Source of the DNA: Candidatus Omnitrophota bacterium
GTDB lineage: Bacteria > Ratteibacteria > UBA8468 > B48-G9 > DTJG01
Reading direction: 5' to 3'
NCBI GenBank assembly: GCA_023819255.1
Contig: JAMWBU010000006.1
Location: 2,902-66,901, forward strand
Length of the DNA stretch: 64,000 nt
Below the pieces are notes generated by a model that did not search any database, was not told the DNA's origin, and saw only the letters and a program-made list of their open reading frames with translations. Position 1 is the stretch's first letter. The number at the start of each line of letters is the position of its first letter. This document shows, piece by piece, positions 28,294 to 36,355 of the stretch. Made by a program: the position numbers and the translations under genes.

Positions 28294-28925
28294 TTTATTT
28301 CCTCTTCTTCGGACCTCAAAAAGAGCAGAATGTCCATCATTCGGGATGTTGCCCGTTCCATGTCGTTGATCAAGCCATTAACCCGTGAAACAAGATAATT
28401 ATATCCAAGATAAGCCGGGATACTTACCACAAGTCCTGCGACAGTTGTGATCAGTGCTTCCCATATGCCACGCGCCAAATCTGTTGGATTTACAAGACCT
28501 GATTTTGCTTCTATCACCATAAACGCCTTAATCAATCCTGTAACAGTGCCCAGCAGTCCAAGCAGGGGAGCGACGGTTGCAATTGTTGCAAGGACTCCAA
28601 GATATTTTTCAAGATACGGGATAATCTGGTTAGCTTCATCCTGAATATTTTCTTTTATGACTTCAGGAGGCTTGTCAGATTTTACCAGGGCTCTGTAGAC
28701 CAATCTTGCAACCGGTCCTGGAGTATTTTCACAAAGTTCAAGTGTCTCCCTTATTTTTCTCTTTTTCATTTTTTCTTCCACACTGCCGATAAACTTCTCA
28801 GTGTCCACTTCGGATTTTCTCAGCGCGATAAGTCGTTCAATAATTACCGCCAGTGTCAGAGCGCCGCAGATAATAATCGGGATCATCAGCCATCCACCAC
28901 GAATGACAAATTGCCATAAACTCAT
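28290..28925 (-). CDS. exbB: MotA/TolQ/ExbB proton-channel protein
   Basis: 211 aa, three TM helices. LGLLGTVTGLIKAF motif. Confidence 0.85.
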   Translation of the reverse strand: MSLWQFVIRGGWLMIPIIICGALTLAVIIERLIALRKSEVDTEKFIGSVEEKMKKRKIRETLELCENTPGPVARLVYRALVKSDKPPEVIKENIQDEANQIIPYLEKYLGVLATIATVAPLLGLLGTVTGLIKAFMVIEAKSGLVNPTDLARGIWEALITTVAGLVVSIPAYLGYNYLVSRVNGLINDMERATSRMMDILLFLRSEEEEIK

Positions 28926-28952
28926 AATATACCCCCGTGTATTTTTACTAAT

Positions 28953-30383
28953 TTACCATCTTGCCTGAAAACCCGCAATGAAATCAAATGGTCTGCCTGG
29001 ATAACCAGGCGCTATTTCGTAGTCATTGCCCAGAATATTGTTAAATCTGAAAAACAGTTTCAGATCAGGTGTAACATTGTATGAAATTGCTGTTGAAAAA
29101 ATGGTGTATCCTTTCACTTTTTCACTGTCAAAAATCTGGTTTCCCTCATATATTAATTGAAAATCAGAACTTAACTTTCCTTCAACAAACCCTGCTTTGA
29201 AATAACTGGTGCTTTCAGGAAATCCGGATTTTTTTTTGTTCTGATTAAAGCGGAAGTGACCTGATTCAATATAGAATTTTTCAAATTTCTTTGATAGTGT
29301 AAAACCTGTCATATTTGTAAAATTGTCTTTAAGAACCGAAGGTTCATAAAGGTTATCATTATCTATGTCAAGCCAATGATAGCCCAGTTTTTCATATGAG
29401 ATCTGGCCTTCTATTGAGAAATCAACGCCTGTTATTTTTCCATAAAATCCAGCATAAATGGAATAAATTTCTTCAGGAGGAAGGAAAACATTCTTCATAT
29501 CAAGATGGGGCTGTTCTCCAGCAATCTTCCATAAATCAGGGAAAGAGAAAGTGCTCGAAAACCCTGCTTGAAATTTTGTTCCATCTTTCTCAACCTGAAA
29601 ATTTGCAGAAGGTAAAACCCTGATCTCATCTCCAATATTTTTTATCGTGATTGCTACAGCAAGGTTTTCATTACGATACTGGCCTGATAAATCGACGATT
29701 CTATTCTTTTCATCAGCAAATTCGTTAAATCCCAATTCCGCGTTAAAATCAAATTTTCCAATTTTATTGTTCAAAATAAAAAACACGCCTGTTTGTTCAA
29801 GCTCTCCAAGCGAATTTTTTGTTCCAGCAAATGTGATTCTGTAATCCTGCTGTTTCAAAATTAGTTTTGTGTCAGTTGTTACAGTGTGCTTCTTTTTATA
29901 AGTCAAAAAACCACCTGGAGGAGAAACTTCTTTTATACAGTTCCAGAGATCAAAAGCAAAATCTATATTTTCAGCAAAAGATTTTTGAATATGGGCTTCA
30001 ATGATATTTTTGCCATCGCGGCGTCTGTAGGAGTTGTCATGCAATGCAGAAAGATTCAGGTGCCACCCCGGATAATTTAATAAAATGTCAGATGATATGT
30101 ATCCGAATTTGCCTGCGCATACGGTCAATTCCTTGAAATTTTTGGTGCCAACATCTGCAACTTTTTCATTCTTTGTCGAAGTGGGTTTTTTTAGATATTG
30201 TTCGGGAATTCCGGGGGTATGCGGGAAATTAATCTGAAACTGGTGTGGGTAGAAGAAAACAGGTGTTTTATAAATGTTTCTATCGCTTCCAGTCACAACA
30301 GTTTCAGGGATTTCAATGTTCTGTCCATATATCAGACTTGATGAGATCAAAAAAAACACTGCAAATGTAAAAAGGCATTTCAT
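28953..30383 (-). CDS. outer-membrane beta-barrel protein with N-terminal TonB-box-like motif
   Basis: Signal peptide, ETVVTGSDRNIY right after the cleavage site, alternating amphipathic strands, C-terminal FQARW aromatic end. Only 476 aa, so shorter than classical TonB-dependent transporters. Confidence 0.5.
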   Translation of the reverse strand: MKCLFTFAVFFLISSSLIYGQNIEIPETVVTGSDRNIYKTPVFFYPHQFQINFPHTPGIPEQYLKKPTSTKNEKVADVGTKNFKELTVCAGKFGYISSDILLNYPGWHLNLSALHDNSYRRRDGKNIIEAHIQKSFAENIDFAFDLWNCIKEVSPPGGFLTYKKKHTVTTDTKLILKQQDYRITFAGTKNSLGELEQTGVFFILNNKIGKFDFNAELGFNEFADEKNRIVDLSGQYRNENLAVAITIKNIGDEIRVLPSANFQVEKDGTKFQAGFSSTFSFPDLWKIAGEQPHLDMKNVFLPPEEIYSIYAGFYGKITGVDFSIEGQISYEKLGYHWLDIDNDNLYEPSVLKDNFTNMTGFTLSKKFEKFYIESGHFRFNQNKKKSGFPESTSYFKAGFVEGKLSSDFQLIYEGNQIFDSEKVKGYTIFSTAISYNVTPDLKLFFRFNNILGNDYEIAPGYPGRPFDFIAGFQARW

Positions 30384-32026
30384 CTGGTTTTATAAGTTGA
30401 TAAATCCTGTTTTGCTTTTTGTGCCCAAACAGTTTTCGGAAAAGCGGCGAGGAGTTTCACATAATATGTTTGCGCATCTTTTATTCTGGATTTTTCTATG
30501 TTGATTTTGACAAGTATGTAAAGAGCCTCAGCGGCGAAGATGCTTTTTCTATCTATGTTTTTCAATATTTTTTCGCTTTCGTCAATGTTTCCAGTAAGAT
30601 AAAGAATTTTTGCATTCAAAAACAAAAGATCCGAATTCCTGCTGGATTCCATTTTTTTAAGGTAACTATTAGCAACATCTATTCCGTCTGTATTCAGGAT
30701 CTCATTGATAAAAATTATTCCTTCTGTCAGAATGAAGTTGTCTTCAGGGTAGATTTCCAGCATCTTGGTAAAAAATTTTTTCATTTTTTCTCTGTCACCC
30801 GAATCCTTGTAAAAGCCGTAAATTGCTTTGAGCACCTGAACAGGCAGAGGATAATCAGGATTCTGGTTGGCTAAAAATTCCCATATATTTATAGCCTGCT
30901 GTATTTTATCGCTATTATAAAAAGCCAGACCGAGTGTGTACATCACATCCGGGTCACTTGTATTTTTCAGATATTCGGAAAAAATCTCTATGGCATTTTC
31001 ATATTGTTTCTGGTTGAAATAGATATACCCAATCTGCAATTTTGTTTTTAGAAGCATTTCCTGGTTTGTTGCGGATTGCAGTATTTTTTCATACCAGCCA
31101 ATTGCCTGGTCTTTTCTGTCTTCCAATTCAGAAATTTTGCCAAGTTCCCAGAATGAACGAATAAGAATTTCATTATTCTTTGTGGTTTTTATAATGGCTG
31201 TGAGCAGGCTCTTTGCTTCTTTATACTTATTATTTCTTTTGTATATGAGCGCTTTTTGCAATTTTGCCCATTCCGCCTGTGGAGAACCAGAAAATTTTGA
31301 TATTACACTGTTATAATACCTTTCACTTTCAGAATAGTTTTTCATATTGAAAAAGCAATCCCCGATTTTCAAAAGTATTTCCGGCTCAATTTTTTGATTC
31401 CTGAAGTAAGTTAGGGAGTTCAGAAAATTCTCGACCCCTTCGGCAAAATTGTTTTCCTGATAAAGTATCAGCCCTCGGTAATATTCTATTTCATGGTTAA
31501 TACCCGGTTCAGAAAATACCTTTTCCATTTCATCAAGAATTTTTTTTGCCGCAGAGATGTCGCCAGATGCAATTTTTTGACCTGCTTCGTTAAGAAGCAT
31601 ATATCCCATATTTTTTTCAATTTCAGGTTCTCTGCCATAAACCGGCAATCCTTCTTTATATGTTTTCAATGCTTCATAGAGCATGTTTAAAAACATTTTG
31701 AGCGTTAATGTATACTTCCAGACATCATGATTGTATCTGGAATCCGGAAAAATCTTTGTGAATTCCTCAAACTTTTCAAGCGATTTATCGTATTTTTTTA
31801 ATTTGAGAAGGTTTATTCCGTAAAGAAAAAGAGCGTATTGATTCTTTTTAATTTCTGTTTTTTCAAAGTATTTATCAAGGAATTCCAGAGATATTTCATA
31901 AAACCCTTCATTGAAAGCAATAACAGCGCAAGTGAAGGGATCATCCTGATCTGCATTTTCTTGAGGGTATGCATTAAGTGAAAAGATAACAACTGATATT
32001 ATTAAAAGAAGTCCTTTTAGTTTCAC
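30380..32026 (-). CDS. secreted TPR-repeat protein
   Basis: Signal peptide plus many 34-aa TPR-like repeats. GTG start. First gene of the TPR-OMP-exbBD-tonB operon. Confidence 0.7.
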   Translation of the reverse strand: MKLKGLLLIISVVIFSLNAYPQENADQDDPFTCAVIAFNEGFYEISLEFLDKYFEKTEIKKNQYALFLYGINLLKLKKYDKSLEKFEEFTKIFPDSRYNHDVWKYTLTLKMFLNMLYEALKTYKEGLPVYGREPEIEKNMGYMLLNEAGQKIASGDISAAKKILDEMEKVFSEPGINHEIEYYRGLILYQENNFAEGVENFLNSLTYFRNQKIEPEILLKIGDCFFNMKNYSESERYYNSVISKFSGSPQAEWAKLQKALIYKRNNKYKEAKSLLTAIIKTTKNNEILIRSFWELGKISELEDRKDQAIGWYEKILQSATNQEMLLKTKLQIGYIYFNQKQYENAIEIFSEYLKNTSDPDVMYTLGLAFYNSDKIQQAINIWEFLANQNPDYPLPVQVLKAIYGFYKDSGDREKMKKFFTKMLEIYPEDNFILTEGIIFINEILNTDGIDVANSYLKKMESSRNSDLLFLNAKILYLTGNIDESEKILKNIDRKSIFAAEALYILVKINIEKSRIKDAQTYYVKLLAAFPKTVWAQKAKQDLSTYKTR

Positions 32027-32030
32027 TGAT

Positions 32031-32063
32031 GTAAGGGAAAAGGGGGGCGTGGTGCGCCCCCCT
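32031..32063 (-). terminator. intrinsic terminator downstream of csp
   Basis: AGGGGGGCG-TGGTG-CGCCCCCCT perfect 9-bp GC stem followed on the minus strand by a TTTTCCC T-run. Confidence 0.65.
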
Positions 32064-32077
32064 GGGTGATTGTCGGC

Positions 32078-32284
32078 TTACAGTTTTACCACGTTTGTGG
32101 CCTGGAGCCCTTTCTTACCCTGAACTACTTCAAATTCAACGGTTGCGCCTTCTTCAAGCGTCTTGTATCCATCTCCCACGATCGCCGTGTAGTGGACAAA
32201 GACATCCTCACCGTTTTCTCGTTCAACAAAGCCATATCCTTTAGCATTGTTGAACCACTTCACCTTCCCTTTCTCCTTCGCCAT
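32078..32284 (-). CDS. cspA: cold-shock protein (CspA family)
   Basis: [19 protein letters not shown]1 motif and [11 protein letters not shown]2 motif. Confidence 0.9.
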   Translation of the reverse strand: MAKEKGKVKWFNNAKGYGFVERENGEDVFVHYTAIVGDGYKTLEEGATVEFEVVQGKKGLQATNVVKL

Positions 32285-32551
32285 GCTTTCCTCCTTTTAT
32301 CCACGCAAATTCTTTAGCCGTTATTCGGCTGTGCGTGGATTTTATCTGAACTGGTAATAATAAATCTGATTTGTACACAATTATTGCCTATCGGGTTGAA
32401 CTTGAGGATTTGCCCTGCGGATGCAAATCTAAACTCATTGTACAGCCGGCTAATCCAATTAAAAAAGTTAACACTGCCAATAGCAAAATCTTCTTCATTT
32501 ATCCTCCGACAGGAGATAGTTTAACACTAAAAAAAATTATGTCAAGTTCTG

Positions 32552-32710
32552 TCATCCCTTGAGAGCAAGGTATTTATCCGGTTCTTTTTCAAACTTTGAC
32601 TTACACCGAGGGGAACAAAAATAAAATATCTTTCCGTCTTTTTCAAAACTATTTTTTGTTGGCTGCTTCAACCAGGTTCTACAAACAACATCTTTAATGT
32701 TTTTTTTCAT
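32552..32710 (-). CDS. 52-aa YHS/TRASH-like metal-binding zinc-ribbon protein
   Basis: MKKNIKDVVCRTW...KDGKIFYFCSPRCKSKFEKEPDKY. The C..(x)..FYFCS..C spacing is typical of YHS domains. Below the ORF-track cutoff. Confidence 0.4.
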   Translation of the reverse strand: MKKNIKDVVCRTWLKQPTKNSFEKDGKIFYFCSPRCKSKFEKEPDKYLALKG

Positions 32711-32734
32711 AATATAACTCCGTATCGAATGCTT

Positions 32735-33628
32735 TTATTTTACCTTTTTTTCTGAAGAAGTCAAATTACACTTTTCAATTTCTTTAATTTTTGCCATTTG
32801 CTCAGCAATCTTCACCACTTCGTCTAATTTCAGTTGATGGCTTCTTAGAGTGGGCTCAATCTGTAATTTTTCCAGAATTGAAAGGGCTGTTTTTTTATCA
32901 ATTCTGAATGATTTGTTCAAAACATTCAGAATGTTTTTTCTGCGCTGGATGAAAAGTCCTGGTAAAAAGGACCATAAAATTTTATGGTTTTTTACCTGTA
33001 TTTTAATTTTTGATTCTGGCAAAATTTTCATCGCAACAGATTTGATTTCAGTTTCTGGATAAAATACAGACCCCGGAATTCTGTGGCATACCGAACAACT
33101 GGTTAAAAGCGCGAACACCACAGACAGCAAACCAAAGTTCTTCTCCCCTGATTTAGCAACAATTCTTGTCGCCACGTCCTCGGGTATCATAACAACAGCC
33201 ATTTTCCAGTATTGCCTGAATTTTAGCAATTCAAACAGAATTGGAGATGCGATATAGTAAGGAAGATTTCCAATTATTTTGATTTTGTTTTTAAATCCTA
33301 AAGAATCCCAATCCAGTTCAAGAAAATCTTTTTCTTCGATGCGAATGCTGGAAATGCCTGCAAATCTTTTTTTGAGAATGTCAGCGATTTTTTTGTCTTT
33401 TTCAACAGCGTAGACAAAACCGGCTTTTTCAACCAGTGAGCCTGTTAACGCGCCCAGTCCTGGACCTATTTCCATACAGATATCGTCTTTTGTTATTTCA
33501 GCGAAGGAGAGAATTTTATCTCTTATATTTCTGTCTATGAGAAAATTCTGTCCAAGTTCTTTTCTGGGAAAGATATTATTTTGCCTGAGAAGTTCCTGCA
33601 GTTGTTTCAATGTCAGGAATGTGTCCAT
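32735..33628 (-). CDS. rsmA: 16S rRNA (adenine1518/1519-N6)-dimethyltransferase
   Basis: LGQNFLID and EIGPGLGALT SAM-binding motifs. Confidence 0.85.
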   Translation of the reverse strand: MDTFLTLKQLQELLRQNNIFPRKELGQNFLIDRNIRDKILSFAEITKDDICMEIGPGLGALTGSLVEKAGFVYAVEKDKKIADILKKRFAGISSIRIEEKDFLELDWDSLGFKNKIKIIGNLPYYIASPILFELLKFRQYWKMAVVMIPEDVATRIVAKSGEKNFGLLSVVFALLTSCSVCHRIPGSVFYPETEIKSVAMKILPESKIKIQVKNHKILWSFLPGLFIQRRKNILNVLNKSFRIDKKTALSILEKLQIEPTLRSHQLKLDEVVKIAEQMAKIKEIEKCNLTSSEKKVK

Positions 33629-34584
33629 TATTTTCTTCTGGCCATCTTGACCGCGGTTTTAATTGCTTCTTTCATCGCTGAAGCGCATGCCTTATTTTTC
33701 CACGCTATGTCAAAAGCGGTTCCATGCCCGGGACTGGTTCTTATCCATCCGGTTTTGTTGACTGTGATATTGACAAGTTTTTCAAAAAATAATGTTTTAA
33801 GCACTGGCAGCGCCTGATCATGATACATAGATACAATAAGGTCGATGTTGCCTTTTTCAATTACATTTCTGAAAATGGCATCAGCAGGATATGGACCGGA
33901 GACATTGAGACCTTTTTTTGAAAGTTCTTTAATGACAGGAGCAATAATTGTTTTTTCTTCTTTGCCCAGGGTTTTTGATTCGCCCGCGTGGGGGTTCAAC
34001 CCACAAAAGGCTATGTGAGGATTTTTTATTCCAAAGAACCTTGCCAAAAACTCTGAGGTGGTCTTAACAGCAAAAAAAAGATTTTCCCTGGACATATATT
34101 GCCATATTTTCTTCATTGGAATGTGAACTGTAGCAAGTAGCACTCGAATTTTTCCGGCAGTCATCAGCATGTATGTTTTTTCTTTCCAGAAGGATGAAAG
34201 CGCTTCTGTATGTCCGTGGTATGAAATCCCGGAAAGATTCCACGCTGCTTTTGATACAGGAGCGGTAATAATGCAATCTCCTTTATTTTCTTTGAGAAGA
34301 CACCATGCTTTTTTTAGATATGAGAAAGAAGCCCTGCCGGCAAGAGCAGAATCCTTTCCCTTTGGAAGTTCCCTGTTTTTTATCACCGGCACATCAACAA
34401 GAATTACATTTTCTTTTGTTTTTTTTATTTTGAGGTTTTCAAATGTGTTGATGATGACGGATTTATCTCCCACCAGCACTGGAATAAATTTGAAATCTTC
34501 TTCCATTAATTCATACACTGCCTTAATTGATACTTCTGGACCAATTCCAGCAGGATCACCAATTGAAATTAATGCTCTTATCAT
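33628..34584 (-). CDS. pdxA: 4-hydroxythreonine-4-phosphate dehydrogenase
   Basis: GDPAGIGPE and HGHTE motifs. Conserved surA-pdxA-ksgA synteny. Confidence 0.85.
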   Translation of the reverse strand: MIRALISIGDPAGIGPEVSIKAVYELMEEDFKFIPVLVGDKSVIINTFENLKIKKTKENVILVDVPVIKNRELPKGKDSALAGRASFSYLKKAWCLLKENKGDCIITAPVSKAAWNLSGISYHGHTEALSSFWKEKTYMLMTAGKIRVLLATVHIPMKKIWQYMSRENLFFAVKTTSEFLARFFGIKNPHIAFCGLNPHAGESKTLGKEEKTIIAPVIKELSKKGLNVSGPYPADAIFRNVIEKGNIDLIVSMYHDQALPVLKTLFFEKLVNITVNKTGWIRTSPGHGTAFDIAWKNKACASAMKEAIKTAVKMARRK

Positions 34585-35435
34585 TGGCTGATGGGGATAG
34601 AAAATTTTTTAGCGATATTCGTGTCGAAAATCTTTATTGGAATCTTTTTCGCGAGGCTATCAAGATATTTGGAATATTCCTTGACGAATTTTTCCTGTCT
34701 GATTTCTTGATATGCCCTTTTGTATCTTTCTTCAGGAGAGTTGTTTTTTTCTTCTGCAAGAATATACACGATAGTTTTTTCCGAAAGTTTTCTGATTACA
34801 GGATTTCCTTTTCCAGCCGAATACAGCTCAGAAACAAGCTCGTTGTCAACTTTATTTATGCTAACCCAGCCAGTGGATTCCATTTTTTCAAGATATGCCA
34901 TATCATTTTTTATTGCTGTGACAAAACTTTCAGCATCAGTGGCGTCGCCAAACGATTTTTTGTATAAAAGAATCTGTTTTTCTTTTGGCATTTCTGCCAT
35001 CTTTTTTGAAATTTCAAAAGGCGAAATTTTTATTCTGTTATGAATTTTCTCTGATATAAGTTTCTCCTTTTGAATATCCTCTTTAATTATTTCTTTATAT
35101 TGATCGATCGTCAGGCCGTTTTCTCTGATAAATTTGTAGAAATCAATTCCCCTTTTATTCCACTGGTCAACGATAAAATTGAAGCGATTGTCAAGTTCTT
35201 CTTTTGAAACAGAAATGCCTTCTTCTTTTGCCTGAATTATCAGAAGATTTTCTTCTATAAGTTGCAAAAGAGCAGTTTCATAAGACAGGCCTCTTACCTG
35301 GGCTCTTTCCTTGATGTCGTTATCCCAGATAACTCTATTGCCAATCACGGCAATACTTCTGTCTTCTTTAATTTCAAATCCGTAAATGATTTTAAACAAA
35401 AAGCAAACCAGAAAGATTACAGAATACTTTTTCAT
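34581..35435 (-). CDS. surA: SurA-like periplasmic chaperone / peptidyl-prolyl isomerase
   Basis: Signal peptide plus SurA_N-like domain. Position upstream of pdxA-ksgA as in E. coli. Confidence 0.55.
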   Translation of the reverse strand: MKKYSVIFLVCFLFKIIYGFEIKEDRSIAVIGNRVIWDNDIKERAQVRGLSYETALLQLIEENLLIIQAKEEGISVSKEELDNRFNFIVDQWNKRGIDFYKFIRENGLTIDQYKEIIKEDIQKEKLISEKIHNRIKISPFEISKKMAEMPKEKQILLYKKSFGDATDAESFVTAIKNDMAYLEKMESTGWVSINKVDNELVSELYSAGKGNPVIRKLSEKTIVYILAEEKNNSPEERYKRAYQEIRQEKFVKEYSKYLDSLAKKIPIKIFDTNIAKKFSIPISQ

Positions 35436-35590
35436 CAGAGATTTTTTAGTTTTTCGTTGAACCTGGTAATTTTCGATTTATTCTTCAGTTCATTGATATA
35501 GGTATTCAACAGTTGACTCCTTTTCTGGTTAACAAGAATCTGTTTTATTACAGAAGATGCTTCTTCAACTGTTTGACGAGGCGCGGGCTG

Positions 35591-36355
35591 TTATTCTCCT
35601 GATTTTATAATGTGAAAACCCTGGTCGGTTCTCACTACTTTTTCAAGTACCTGGTCGGGCTTCATTGAAAAAAGAATTTCCTCCAGTTCAGGCATCAATT
35701 GGCCCCGTGAAATCATTCCAAGGTCTCCGCCTTTGTCCTTTGAAGAACTTATTGATTCTTTTTTTGCTATTTCGGAAAAATCCGCTCCGTTTGAAAGCCT
35801 GCTGATAATGTCTCTTGCCTGTTGTTCTGTAGGCACGACTATTTCATAAAGATGAATTCGTTCCGGCACAAGAAAATCTTTAAGATTGTTGTTGTAGTAG
35901 TTTTTTATTTCCTCAGGGGAAATTTGCGCTTTGTTCAATACCTGGTCTGAAAGAAATTCTTTTATCAATAGATCTTTCCTGTAGTTCTCAATCGCTTTCT
36001 TAATATTTTTTCTATAATGCCTTTGGTATTTTTTTGCCTGTTGCGTCAAAAGTTTTTCTCCTATGAAATCTTCAAGAGCCTGCTGGGGAAATTGTTTTAC
36101 ATATTCCTGATAAAATTCGGGATATGTTGAGATTTTTTCTTTTAAGTCCGCCAGCGTAATAATATGGCCATTGACGACCGCAACGGCATTTTTTTTCAGA
36201 TATTGTCTATATGCAGAATATACTGCGATCACAATTATCACCGGTATTCCCAGCATAAGTATGAATTTTTTTCTTTTTTTCCTATCCTTGAAATAACTTC
36301 CTATTCTTACACACAACGTCCTGCACTGATTCTTGACTTTCTCTTTTATTTTCAC
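35591..36355 (-). CDS. parvulin-type peptidyl-prolyl cis-trans isomerase (PpiC/PrsA-like)
   Basis: C-terminal rotamase motif SIS...GGDLGMISRGQLMPELE...GFHIIK. Confidence 0.6.
   Translation of the reverse strand: MKIKEKVKNQCRTLCVRIGSYFKDRKKRKKFILMLGIPVIIVIAVYSAYRQYLKKNAVAVVNGHIITLADLKEKISTYPEFYQEYVKQFPQQALEDFIGEKLLTQQAKKYQRHYRKNIKKAIENYRKDLLIKEFLSDQVLNKAQISPEEIKNYYNNNLKDFLVPERIHLYEIVVPTEQQARDIISRLSNGADFSEIAKKESISSSKDKGGDLGMISRGQLMPELEEILFSMKPDQVLEKVVRTDQGFHIIKSGE

Noticed and set aside
28953-30383. Calling the OMP a full TonB-dependent transporter
   Set aside because: 476 aa is too short for plug plus 22-strand barrel, so it is only annotated as OMP with a TonB-box-like N-terminus.
30419-30874. 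151-aa plus-strand ORF
   Set aside because: Antisense to the TPR-protein gene.
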